DNA from: Candidatus Latescibacterota bacterium
Lineage (GTDB): Bacteria > Latescibacterota > UBA2968 > GCA-2709665
Assembly (NCBI GenBank): GCA_965116875.1
Contig: OZ220733.1
Coordinates: forward strand, 1,760,001-1,824,000
DNA: 64,000 bases
Reading direction: 5' to 3'
Of the stretch, positions 39,836 to 49,364 are shown piece by piece. Position numbers and translations under genes: made by a program. The stretch's first letter is position 1. Every line of letters starts with the position of its first letter. The notes under the pieces were generated by a model. That model was not told where the DNA came from and searched no databases. It saw only the letters and a list, made by a program, of their open reading frames with translations.

Positions 39836-42160
39836 ATGGATCAATCCATGTTCGAAGACGACGCCATTGTTTCGGAATGGACCCTCTCGAGGGGCGAACA
39901 GACCGGGCAGATCGACCTCCCCCTGAATGCCGGCGACTGGGCCCTGGCAAACGAAATCCGCGCCGAGATCTTCCTGCCGGAAGGGGTGGACGACCAGATC
40001 TACTGCACGCTCACCTCGGGTCATCGAACCGAAGGTATGAGCCAGGACGACGGCTATTGGTTCAACGCCATCGTCTCCCCTCGCGGCGGCAACATCTGGG
40101 GGGGCTGGCGCGAGTTCCGCTTTCCCGCGGAGTGTTTTTATGCAGCCGGAATCCCAACGGCGGGGTGGGGCGATATGTCCTCGGGCGATATCCGCGTGCC
40201 GCCCGGAAGCCGTGTCCGGAATGTCCGCCTGGTCCAGCGCCGGATTGTCACCGGCCCGCGCATGACGGACGATGCCCTCATCTCCGCGATTGATCTGAAC
40301 CATCCGGGGCTCGAAGCCGCTTCACGGGCAACCGACCGCGAGGCCCGGCTTGCGGCGATCGCGGCGCACTTCCGTTCCAGCGGGTACGACCGGCGGCACA
40401 CAACGCCCGATCCGGGACCAGATGCCAACATCGAAGAAGCGGACCGGATCCTGGCCGGTTACATCATGGACCACCACTGGCCCGACGGCGTGGACTGGGA
40501 CGCCAACCCGTACGGATATATCGAGTGGTCCATCATCATCCACGCGTTCTACTATTTCAAGGCCCTCGAACGCGCGTGGGCAAAGACCCGGGACCCCAGA
40601 TATCCCAAAGGAATCGAGTCCATCCTGCGCGACTGGATGCGCAAAACCCCCGTGCCCTACGACGTCCGGGCAGGCGGCCTGGCCTGGGGGCATTCTCTGA
40701 TCGTGAGCATGCGGGCGTTCAATACGCTGGTCGACGCGTTTACCGTGCTCTGCGACTGTCCGGAGACCGAAGACCGGACCATCCTGGACCTGCTCAAGTC
40801 CATCTACGAACACGCGGTCTACCTCCTGAAGTTCGAATCCTTCCCGCCTTCCAACAAAACCATTTCGGAAGGCAGGTCTCTGCTCGCAACTGCCTGCTCC
40901 TTCCCCGAATTCAAAGACGCCGAGGCCTGGTACGAGGCCGCCGGCCGGCGTCTCATCAACGACATGGACATCCAGGTTTTTCCGGATGGCTCCTCTTACG
41001 AACTCACCCCGGGCTATCAGATCTCGATCGCTTCCTGGTTCCTGGATGCGTATAAGGTCGCGGGGAAGTTCGGCCGATCGCTGGATCCGGAACTGGAATC
41101 CGGCATCCGGCGCATGTACGACTGGTGCGTCTCCGTCAACCGTCCCGACTTCACGTTTCCGTCGATTTCGGACGCCGGCAGCCTGGACGGTAAATTCGGC
41201 GACGCGCTCGCCGGACCGGGCGCCATTCTGAAGAGCGAATCCGCTGCCTGGATCGGCAGTGAAGGCGAAGAAGGCAGCCCGCCGGACTACACTTCCATCG
41301 CCCACCGGGACTCCGGTTACTTCGTGATGCGCAGCGGCTGGGACCGCGACGCCCGATACCTCCTGTTCGAAGGAAGTCCGTACGGGCGTTTTCACCAGCA
41401 CGAAGACATGCTCTCGTTCGATCTCTACACCCACGGTCTGCCCTTCATCGTGGACCCCGGGATCACCTCATACTATCCGAACGACTGGACTTCATTTTAT
41501 CGGACAACCGAAGCGCACAACACGGTCCTGGTGGACGGCTGCGGGCAGAACCGCCGGGCCCGGACCGTTGCGGAATGGATTGAATCCGCACGCGACAAGA
41601 CGGTCTGGCGATCCGACGACCGCTCCGACGTGGCCATCGCCACGTACGACGCCGGGTATGCCGGGCTGGATGCAGACGTCGCCCACCGCCGGGTCGTGAT
41701 GTTCGTCAAACCCGATTACTTCCTGATCTTCGACGAACTCACGGGCGAAGGCCGCCGGACCTACGAGGCGCTCTTCCACTTCATGCCCTACCGCGTGCTG
41801 ATCGACCCGGAAAGCCGCGCCGTCCGGACCGGGCGTATGCATCCCCCCAACCTGGAAGTCCTCCCCCTCGTCAGAATGACGCCCCGCCTCGTCTGCGGCG
41901 GGAACGACCCGGTTCAGGGGTGGCTCGCAATGGACGGGCAGGACGTTCCCGCGCCCGTCGTCATCTACAGGAAACGGACGTCACTGCCGTTCCGGACCGG
42001 CTACGCCCTCGTACCCTTCACGGACGGCGTCAGCGCGGGCGTCACGTCGAGGATCACCCGCCGGGGCGATCTCTGGAACGTCCGCATCGCCCATCCCAAC
42101 GGGAAGGTGGACCGGATCCGCATGGACTGGTCCGACGCGAATGGGCCGGTGCTGGTTTAG
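39836..42160 (+). CDS. Heparinase II/III-like (alginate-lyase fold) protein
   Basis: QVFPDGSSYELTPGYQ, SGYFVMRSGW, HQHEDMLSF, VDPG and AHNTVLVDG; AAGGAG RBS. Confidence 0.85.
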   Translation: MDQSMFEDDAIVSEWTLSRGEQTGQIDLPLNAGDWALANEIRAEIFLPEGVDDQIYCTLTSGHRTEGMSQDDGYWFNAIVSPRGGNIWGGWREFRFPAECFYAAGIPTAGWGDMSSGDIRVPPGSRVRNVRLVQRRIVTGPRMTDDALISAIDLNHPGLEAASRATDREARLAAIAAHFRSSGYDRRHTTPDPGPDANIEEADRILAGYIMDHHWPDGVDWDANPYGYIEWSIIIHAFYYFKALERAWAKTRDPRYPKGIESILRDWMRKTPVPYDVRAGGLAWGHSLIVSMRAFNTLVDAFTVLCDCPETEDRTILDLLKSIYEHAVYLLKFESFPPSNKTISEGRSLLATACSFPEFKDAEAWYEAAGRRLINDMDIQVFPDGSSYELTPGYQISIASWFLDAYKVAGKFGRSLDPELESGIRRMYDWCVSVNRPDFTFPSISDAGSLDGKFGDALAGPGAILKSESAAWIGSEGEEGSPPDYTSIAHRDSGYFVMRSGWDRDARYLLFEGSPYGRFHQHEDMLSFDLYTHGLPFIVDPGITSYYPNDWTSFYRTTEAHNTVLVDGCGQNRRARTVAEWIESARDKTVWRSDDRSDVAIATYDAGYAGLDADVAHRRVVMFVKPDYFLIFDELTGEGRRTYEALFHFMPYRVLIDPESRAVRTGRMHPPNLEVLPLVRMTPRLVCGGNDPVQGWLAMDGQDVPAPVVIYRKRTSLPFRTGYALVPFTDGVSAGVTSRITRRGDLWNVRIAHPNGKVDRIRMDWSDANGPVLV

Positions 42161-42213
42161 TCGTTCCACTGCGCAACAGGAACATACCCGATACACGGCA
42201 GAGGAGGAAGGAT

Positions 42214-42405
42214 ATGAAAATGCAAAAGTACATCTACTGGCAGGACGGCTCCGTGTTTCTGGGGTATCTCGAAGAGTTTCCCGACTACTGGACACAAGCC
42301 GAAACCATTGAAGCGCTGAAGGAGAACCTCATCGACATTTACAACGAACTCACGGGGGGAGCCATTCCCTGTGTGCGCCGGGTCGCCGAGCTACAGGTAT
42401 CATGA
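42214..42405 (+). CDS. hicB: HicB-family antitoxin (short form)
   Basis: YIYWQDGSVFLGYLEEFPDYWTQAETIEALKENL; GAGGAGG RBS. Confidence 0.75.
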   Translation: MKMQKYIYWQDGSVFLGYLEEFPDYWTQAETIEALKENLIDIYNELTGGAIPCVRRVAELQVS

Positions 42406-42422
42406 AGCGACGAGACTTGATA
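42402..42422 (+). pseudogene. hicA 5' remnant (MKRRDLI)
   Basis: ATGA overlap with the hicB stop; typical HicA N-terminus, then abrupt transition to the next gene's RBS. Confidence 0.55.
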
Positions 42423-42436
42423 TCGGAAGGAATCCA

Positions 42437-44116
42437 ATGTTGCCAAACTACAATGTAGACATGCAACTGGACGTGAAGGTCCCCATGCGCGACGGGATCA
42501 ACCTCTCGGCGGACATCTACCTGCCTCGCGCCCGCGGGAGATTCCCCACGGTCCTGATGCGCACGCCATACAGCAACAACGACGACGGGATGGTCGCAAA
42601 AGCCAGGCGCCTGGCCAATAACGGATACGCCTGCGTCCTTCAGGACTGCCGCGGGCGCTGGGACTCCGAAGGCGCCTATTATGCGTTTCGGGAAGGGGAA
42701 GACGGGTTTGACACGCATGAGTGGATCGGGAACCGGGAATGGTGCAGCGGCAGGATAGGCATGGCCGGCAGCTCCTACGGCGGCGCCGTACAGTGGCGCA
42801 GCGCGCCGTACGGCAGCCAATATCTCAAATGCATGACGCCCCGGGTCATCTGCACCGATTACTACACCGGGCTCGTCCACCCCGGCGGCGCATTCCAGCT
42901 CAACGTCATGCTCACCTGGGGGATGCGCACCAACGCCCGCACGGGCCAGACCATCGAGTTTCACAACTGGACCGAAGCCTTCCGCGCGCTGCCCCTCAAC
43001 AGAATGGACGAAGCCGCGGGCCGCGACGTCGCATTCTGGAAAGACTGGGTCGAGCACGACGCGTACGACGACTACTGGGAGGAATTCAACGACGAGACCC
43101 GCTGGGGGGATATTATGGCGCCGGCGTTCAACATGGGCGGCTGGTACGATCTCTACGCCGCCCAGACCTTCAGCAACTACAACGGCCTGCGTCAGAACGG
43201 CGGCTCCGAAGACGCGAAGAAAAGCAAGCTCATCGTCGGCCCGTGGCCGCACGCGCTCAGCACGTCGCCAAAGACCGGCGACGTCGACTTCGGGGCGCCT
43301 TCCATGGTGGACCTGGAAAGCCTCGAGCAACACTGGTTCGACTACTGGCTCAAAGGCATTGACAACGGTGTCGTAGACGAACCTCCGCTGAGGCTGTTCA
43401 TCATGGGGGTCAACCGGTGGCGGGATGAACACGAGTGGCCGCTTTCCCGGACGCTGTGGCAGAAGTGGCACCTGCATTCCGCCGGCCAGGCCAACACGCT
43501 CCTCGGCGACGGTTGTCTCTCTACCGATTCCCCGGGCGAGGAACGCCCCGATCGTTACACGTACGATCCGCGCTACCCGGCGCCGACCATGGGCGGCAAC
43601 AACTGCTGCTCACCCCATATCGTCCCCTGGGGGCCGCAGGACCAGCGCCCGGTGGAAATGCGCAGCGACGTGCTCTGTTACACCAGCGGACCCATGGAAG
43701 ACGACCTGGAAGTCACCGGTCCCATCCAGGTCGTACTCTACGCCGCCACCGACTGCACCGACACGGACTGGACCGCCAAGCTGGTGGACGTATCACCGTC
43801 CGGGTACGCCATGAACCTTTGCGACGGCATCCAGAGAGCCCGGTTTCGGGAAAGCCTTACCAGCCCATCTCTGATCGAGCCCGGAAACGTGTACGCCTAT
43901 GAGATCGACCTGGGTGTCACGGGAAACGTCTTCAAAAAGGACCACCGCATCCGCCTCGAGGTCTCGTCGTCGAACTTTCCCCGGTTCGACCGCAACCTCA
44001 ACACGGGCGGCTCTCTGGCAGGCGAAACCGAAATGCGCCAGGCCCATCAGACCGTCCATCACTCAAGACAATATCCGTCCCATATCGTCCTGCCGGTCAT
44101 CCCGGCAACGCGATAG
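42437..44116 (+). CDS. CocE/NonD-family serine hydrolase
   Basis: VPMRDGINLSADIY, RTPY, QDCRGRWDSEG, GSSYGG, GPWPH and SSSNFPRFDRN. Confidence 0.92.
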   Translation: MLPNYNVDMQLDVKVPMRDGINLSADIYLPRARGRFPTVLMRTPYSNNDDGMVAKARRLANNGYACVLQDCRGRWDSEGAYYAFREGEDGFDTHEWIGNREWCSGRIGMAGSSYGGAVQWRSAPYGSQYLKCMTPRVICTDYYTGLVHPGGAFQLNVMLTWGMRTNARTGQTIEFHNWTEAFRALPLNRMDEAAGRDVAFWKDWVEHDAYDDYWEEFNDETRWGDIMAPAFNMGGWYDLYAAQTFSNYNGLRQNGGSEDAKKSKLIVGPWPHALSTSPKTGDVDFGAPSMVDLESLEQHWFDYWLKGIDNGVVDEPPLRLFIMGVNRWRDEHEWPLSRTLWQKWHLHSAGQANTLLGDGCLSTDSPGEERPDRYTYDPRYPAPTMGGNNCCSPHIVPWGPQDQRPVEMRSDVLCYTSGPMEDDLEVTGPIQVVLYAATDCTDTDWTAKLVDVSPSGYAMNLCDGIQRARFRESLTSPSLIEPGNVYAYEIDLGVTGNVFKKDHRIRLEVSSSNFPRFDRNLNTGGSLAGETEMRQAHQTVHHSRQYPSHIVLPVIPATR

Positions 44117-44223
44117 CCGGCCTCAGTTCGAAACAAGACTGCCGTTGACTTGCCACAAATTGCACAGAAGGAATCGGTGCGAAACGGCGCGCGCGTTCCC
44201 TGACGCGAAGAGGATCTTCCGAT

Positions 44224-45612
44224 ATGCCAGATCCCTGTCTCCTCATTTCCATTCCCGACAAGAGCTTCGGCTTCGTGCCCTGCCGGCGGGTCTCCATCGA
44301 CGTCCATGTGATCGGGCTGGACAAACAGACGGTGCGCGTCCGGCTCGCGATCAACGATCCCCTGGGCACAACGCGGTACGCATCCGGAGAGGTCAACCGG
44401 GACCTGGACGACGGGCACGCCGTTCTCCCGTTCGAGTGCGGCCTCGAATCCGATTTTCAGGCGGGTACCCATCTCGTCACGGCGCAGGTCCACTCTAGGG
44501 CGCAGAACTTCAGAGCCATCGCCACCGAATCGTTTGACGTGGTCGTTCCCGGCCGCCGCCTGGCCGACGGCTTTCCGGTTGCGCCCCGAGACCGCATCAT
44601 CGATGCGAACTACGCCTTCGACGCGACAGACCCCGAAACGCTGGATGCGGCGTTCCGGACGGCGCATGCCGAATGCGAAGCGTGCCGCAACCCGGACGGC
44701 GGCTGGGGTACGGTCCCGGATGCGGAGAAGCCCGCGTACCGCTGGCCCTCGGACGTCATCCTGGGTTATCTGTACGGCTACGAAGCGCTGGGCGACGAGC
44801 AGTACCGGAAGCTGGCTGTCGACGGCCTGGACTATCTCCTTGCGGAGCAGGACGAGAACGGCGCCTTCCGCTGGTGGTACAAGGGCGTTCCCGGCGGCGT
44901 GATGAACCAGCGCGACAACTTCTACGATACGGGCTGGGCGGGGCTGGCCCTTGCGGAGGGCTTTCGGGTTACCGGAAAGGAGGAATACCTCAACGCCGTT
45001 CGAAGGGCCGCGGACTGGACGACGTCCTGCCCCTTTACCGGGAACAACAACTACGATGCCTTCGCGCTCTGGTTTCTATCCCTGCTGTACGCGTTCACCG
45101 GAGAAGAAAGTTACCTCGAGACGGCCATCTGGCGGACCCGCGGCGGCGTCTTCTTCGCGCAGCTGCCCCGGGGGGGCTGGCCGGGTCACAACTTCCATAT
45201 CGGCTATCAGTCCATTACCGCGAACGGCTTCGCCTCGCTGTACGACGTTCTCCCCATCGATCATCCATTTTCCGATTCACTCAGGGACCGCCTCTGCGCG
45301 GCCCTCAATTTCACCACGTTCCTTCAGACGCGCACGGGAGACTATTGCATGGGCTGGGAATACGACCGGGAATTTCGTATCGACAGCGCAGGCACGCCCA
45401 CGGGGACCATGATTCCCGCCCGGTCGGAACTCGTTCGCGCCTTCTACAAGACCCGCAACCGCATCGAAGTGCCCGGTAATATCTTCAATGGGCTCTGTCG
45501 TTCCACCACAGGTAGAATCGAATCCCTCAAGGACCGCTCCGATCACAGCAAGTCAGACTCCATTTACCTGATGGACATCGGCACCCTCCTCAAATGGCGC
45601 CACAACAAATAA
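44224..45612 (+). CDS. Hypothetical protein, probable alpha/alpha-toroid fold
   Basis: QW-like repeats (RNPDGGW, LDYLLAEQDENGAF, QLPRGGW); codon usage typical of the genome. Confidence 0.55.
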   Translation: MPDPCLLISIPDKSFGFVPCRRVSIDVHVIGLDKQTVRVRLAINDPLGTTRYASGEVNRDLDDGHAVLPFECGLESDFQAGTHLVTAQVHSRAQNFRAIATESFDVVVPGRRLADGFPVAPRDRIIDANYAFDATDPETLDAAFRTAHAECEACRNPDGGWGTVPDAEKPAYRWPSDVILGYLYGYEALGDEQYRKLAVDGLDYLLAEQDENGAFRWWYKGVPGGVMNQRDNFYDTGWAGLALAEGFRVTGKEEYLNAVRRAADWTTSCPFTGNNNYDAFALWFLSLLYAFTGEESYLETAIWRTRGGVFFAQLPRGGWPGHNFHIGYQSITANGFASLYDVLPIDHPFSDSLRDRLCAALNFTTFLQTRTGDYCMGWEYDREFRIDSAGTPTGTMIPARSELVRAFYKTRNRIEVPGNIFNGLCRSTTGRIESLKDRSDHSKSDSIYLMDIGTLLKWRHNK

Positions 45613-45676
45613 GAAGCTGTATTAAAATTACCGGGGAGACGATCGGTATCCCGCGCATCCAGTTGTCGAGTCGCAT

Positions 45677-46573
45677 CTATCTGGGTACAACTTCAATTTC
45701 GAACAGCTTCGGCCATCGTTTTCCGGTCACGAACAGGCGCTTCCCGTCCCCGTCATACGCGATTCCGTTCAACGCGGCATCCGCGCCGAGTCGTTCCCGC
45801 CCGGGCAGCAGCCCGGCCAGGTCGATCCAGCCCACCACCCTGCCGGATTCCGGGTCGATCCTCGCGATCAGGTCCGATTCCCAGACATTGGCGTAGATTT
45901 CACCCTCGACGTATTCCAGTTCATTCAGCCGGGTCACCGGACCCATCTCGTCCCGGACCTCCACCCGCCCCATCTCCTTGAACGTCTCCGGATCCCTGAA
46001 ATACAGGGTCGGCGTCCCATCGCTCACAATCAACCGCCGGCCATCGTTTGTGATCCCCCACCCCTCGGAGGTATAGGTGAACGACCGAACGCGTTCGAAT
46101 GTCTCCCTGCTGTAGACGAATCCGGTCCGCGCCACCCAGGTCAACTGGAGGATGCGATTACCGAAGATCGTAATCCCTTCCCCAAAATACCGGGACTCCA
46201 GCATCTTGATCCGCGTGACCTGGCCGGTTTCCAGCACGACCTCGCGTAATGAAGACCTCCCGTAAAGCCCCGTTCCCTCGTACAGAAGGCCTCGTTCATA
46301 AACCAACCCCTGGGTAAACGCGCCGTGATCGTGGGGATACGTGTTTATTACGCGGTACGTGTACGACCGCGGTTTCCAGGCCGCGCTTGAATCCGCATGC
46401 GATGCCGCTCGAGAATCCGGCAAAGCCTGCCGGGCGGCAACCTGATCGATTGCAAGTGGAACCGTCAGAATCGACGCGGCGGAAAGGGCCAGAACGATTC
46501 CCGGCAGATCGCGCAGGCGCGGGACAGTCTTCAAAGGCGAATGACGGGTTCCGTTCAGGGACCGTGAGGTCAT
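45677..46573 (-). CDS. Glutaminyl-peptide cyclotransferase (bacterial/plant type)
   Basis: HDHGAFTQGL, YEGTGLYG, FGEGIT, QLTW, EGWG, LNELE, LNGIA and VTGKRW. Confidence 0.92.
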   Translation of the reverse strand: MTSRSLNGTRHSPLKTVPRLRDLPGIVLALSAASILTVPLAIDQVAARQALPDSRAASHADSSAAWKPRSYTYRVINTYPHDHGAFTQGLVYERGLLYEGTGLYGRSSLREVVLETGQVTRIKMLESRYFGEGITIFGNRILQLTWVARTGFVYSRETFERVRSFTYTSEGWGITNDGRRLIVSDGTPTLYFRDPETFKEMGRVEVRDEMGPVTRLNELEYVEGEIYANVWESDLIARIDPESGRVVGWIDLAGLLPGRERLGADAALNGIAYDGDGKRLFVTGKRWPKLFEIEVVPR

Positions 46574-46616
46574 TACACTCGGTTTCTTTGTCTGATCTCA
46601 TTCGTCGCTGAATTCG

Positions 46617-46644
46617 TAGGGGCGACCGGCCGGTCGCCCCTACA
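46617..46644. repeat. GTAG-type REP palindrome
   Basis: Perfect palindrome GTAGGGGCGACCGG/CCGGTCGCCCCTAC. Confidence 0.65.
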
Positions 46645-46678
46645 AAAACCTTGCATCCGTGAATTGACATCGCCGCTT

Positions 46679-47131
46679 TTAGGCTTTTCCGGCTGCCTTC
46701 TGAGGCGCAGATGGATCGCCTTCAATCCACTCTTCGCCGTCCGTCCATACTTCCTTCTTCCAGATCGGCACGGTTTCCTTCAGCCGGTCGATCGCGTAAT
46801 GACAGGCTTCCAGTGCCGCCTTGCGGTGCGGCGCGGAAATCGCGATCAGCACGCTGGTCTCGCCGATCTCCAATCGCCCCACGCGATGGAGCATGCCCAC
46901 CCGGTCCACCTCCCACCTCGCCTTCACTTCCCGGCCGATTGCTTCCATCTTCTTTTCGGCCATCTCCCTGTAGGCATCGTACACCAGATAGCTCGTCCTG
47001 CGGCCCATCGAATGGTCTCGCACCACGCCCGCGAAGGTCGCCACCGCGCCATTCGAATCTCTCAGCACGGCGTCGTGCAGCGCGTCGGCCGATATGGTTC
47101 CTTCCTGGATGCGGTAAAGATCACCTGACAT
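46679..47131 (-). CDS. moaE: Molybdopterin synthase catalytic subunit
   Basis: GAVATFAGVVRD, HRVGRL, HRKAAL and LKETVPIWKKE. Confidence 0.92.
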   Translation of the reverse strand: MSGDLYRIQEGTISADALHDAVLRDSNGAVATFAGVVRDHSMGRRTSYLVYDAYREMAEKKMEAIGREVKARWEVDRVGMLHRVGRLEIGETSVLIAISAPHRKAALEACHYAIDRLKETVPIWKKEVWTDGEEWIEGDPSAPQKAAGKA

Positions 47132-47423
47132 GCGGTCTCTTCTCCTGCGATCTGGCTTTTGACGCGCAGCCCGCCGGGGCTCCCCCGCTGACCGGCGGAA
47201 TAAACGCCACCTCGTCCCCATCATTCAGCCGCCGGGTCCGATCCACGTACGCCTGGTTGACAGACACCATCAGGCTGGCTTCCATTTCCTTCAGCCGGGG
47301 ATGTTCTTCCGCCAGCCGCGCGAACAGGTCAGTAACGCGTGCGCGATCGGGCAGCGATATCGATGCCTCAGGCGTCCCGACCAGGTCCCTGCACGACGCG
47401 AAAAACAAGACCTTGACCTCCAT
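47121..47423 (-). CDS. moaD: MoaD/ThiS sulfur carrier with a C-terminal extension after Gly-Gly
   Basis: VKVLFFA...SVNQAY...LNDGDEVAFIPPVSGG plus 19 extra residues. Confidence 0.85.
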   Translation of the reverse strand: MEVKVLFFASCRDLVGTPEASISLPDRARVTDLFARLAEEHPRLKEMEASLMVSVNQAYVDRTRRLNDGDEVAFIPPVSGGAPAGCASKARSQEKRPHVR

Positions 47424-47476
47424 ATTCCTTCTCCAACCCTTTGTTGGTTGAACCCGCCGGGGGAGGGGTTGTTTCG

Positions 47477-48469
47477 TCAACGCACCCGCCTGAGCCTGGT
47501 ATTTTCCGTCACCCCCGGCCTCCGTCCCCGCTTCGAAACGGGCCGCCGTCCCACGGCCTTGATATCGGACGTAAAGTCGATGGGAGACGCTCCGCTGATT
47601 GCGCTGCCCACGCCGAACCCGTCCACCGCGGACCCTGCCGCTGCGAACTCCCGGATGCGCTCCGGCGTCATTCCGCCGCTCACGTATATCTTCACCTGCC
47701 GATGCCCCGCGCGATCCAGCCCGTTTCGAACCCGGCTCACGAGATCGGGCGTCACACCACCCAGTTCAGAGGGCGTGTCCAGACGCACGCCCTGCAGCCG
47801 TCCGCCCATCTCCCGGGCCAGCCGCACACTCTCCTCCGCTTCGTCCATAAATGTATCCACCAGCACGAGCCGCCCGATCGATTCGGGCATGTGCCGGTCG
47901 AAGGCCTGGGCCGCCGTAAGCGTGTCACCCATGATCAACATCAGCGCGTGCGGCATGGTGCCCGTTGGATCGCGGCCGGCCAGCCGCGCCCCCGCCGGTG
48001 TGGCGCAACCTGAACACCCGCCAACGAGGGCCGAGTATTCCATTGCGTCCGAAATCGCCGGATGGACGTGCCGCGCGCCGAAGCTGATCACCGGAATTCC
48101 CTCTGCAGCCTCCACGCATTCCCGCGCCGCCGTCGCCCAGCCGCTCTTCTGGGCGAGCGTACCGAGATAGGCGGTCTCGTAGATGCCGAAGCCGCTGTAA
48201 CGCGCCTGTATCCGGAGAACGACTTCCTTTCGGGACATCGGCTCACCCTCGCCCAGCGCCCAGACTGACGCATCCTCAGGCAAGACTTCAGCCAGATTCC
48301 CGAGGACCTCCGTCATGCCGCAGAGCGTACCGTCCCCGTTCGGAAACACCTCCATCGTAACAACCGGATCGATCCCCTCCCGCGACAACACCTCTCGGGT
48401 ATTCAAAAAGTAGAGATCGGCCCGGTTTTCGTCAAAAAAGGCCCTGTCCGGCAGCATTGGCTGGTCCAA
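47477..48469 (-). CDS. Nicotinate phosphoribosyltransferase (short type)
   Basis: DLYF, SFGARH, GTMPHAL, LVDTF, GVRLDTP, VSGG and FGVG. Confidence 0.85.
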   Translation of the reverse strand: MDQPMLPDRAFFDENRADLYFLNTREVLSREGIDPVVTMEVFPNGDGTLCGMTEVLGNLAEVLPEDASVWALGEGEPMSRKEVVLRIQARYSGFGIYETAYLGTLAQKSGWATAARECVEAAEGIPVISFGARHVHPAISDAMEYSALVGGCSGCATPAGARLAGRDPTGTMPHALMLIMGDTLTAAQAFDRHMPESIGRLVLVDTFMDEAEESVRLAREMGGRLQGVRLDTPSELGGVTPDLVSRVRNGLDRAGHRQVKIYVSGGMTPERIREFAAAGSAVDGFGVGSAISGASPIDFTSDIKAVGRRPVSKRGRRPGVTENTRLRRVR

Positions 48470-48533
48470 TCGACGTGTCTCCCGCCGCGGTATGACCAGG
48501 CGACCACGCTTCCCGCATCCCTGCGCTGCATCG

Positions 48534-49364
48534 TTACCGTCTTCCGGCCTCGAGGCGTTCCCTCATCGCCTCCACGTAGGACGCGGGCACATCCACGGTC
48601 CCGATGATCGGATCCCCCCTGCCGTCGCCGTGGCAATCGGACCCGCCCGTGCACAGGAGGTTGTTGTCCGATGCAATCTTCGAATATCTGGCGACCTGTG
48701 AGGCATTGTGCTTCGTGTGCCGCACCTCGATACCGTCCAGCCCGGCGGATACCATGCCCGGTATCAGGTCGTCCCGTCGATACAGCCCGGGGTGAGCAAG
48801 ACTCGCCAGCCCGCCCGCGGCCCGGATCACCTGAATCGCACGGGACGGCGACTGCGAATATTTGCCGACATAGGCCGGCTTCGAATACCCCAGGTATCTG
48901 TGGAACGCTTCGTCGACCGAAGAAACAAGGCCTTCTTCCACCATCACATCGGCGATATGGGGACGTCCTATCGCGCCCGGTCCCGCCCTGGCCAGGACCT
49001 GCTCGAGAGGCACGCGCAAGCCCAAACGATTCAGCTTTCTCACGATTCCTTCCGCCCGCTGCAACCTGGCCTGTCGAAACGTGTCGAGCCACGAGATCAG
49101 ATCCGGGTGATCCGGGTCGATGAAGTACCCCAGAATGTGAACGTCGGCGCCTTCGTTGCTGGCGCTCAACTCCGTTCCCGCAATCACTTCGACACCCAGC
49201 CGTGCGCCTTCCTCCTGCGCCTCCAATACACCCCCGGTCGAGTCGTGATCCGTCAAACTGATCACGCTGAGTCCGGCTTCCGCGGCCCGCCGAACCACTT
49301 CCCGGGGCGTGAATGTCCCGTCGGAGTTCGTCGAGTGCAGATGCAGATCAATACGCTGGTTCAA
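48534..49364 (-). CDS. PHP-domain phosphoesterase
   Basis: DLHLHSTNSDG, TDHD, HILGY, LAHP and GGSDCHG. Confidence 0.9.
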   Translation of the reverse strand: MNQRIDLHLHSTNSDGTFTPREVVRRAAEAGLSVISLTDHDSTGGVLEAQEEGARLGVEVIAGTELSASNEGADVHILGYFIDPDHPDLISWLDTFRQARLQRAEGIVRKLNRLGLRVPLEQVLARAGPGAIGRPHIADVMVEEGLVSSVDEAFHRYLGYSKPAYVGKYSQSPSRAIQVIRAAGGLASLAHPGLYRRDDLIPGMVSAGLDGIEVRHTKHNASQVARYSKIASDNNLLCTGGSDCHGDGRGDPIIGTVDVPASYVEAMRERLEAGRR

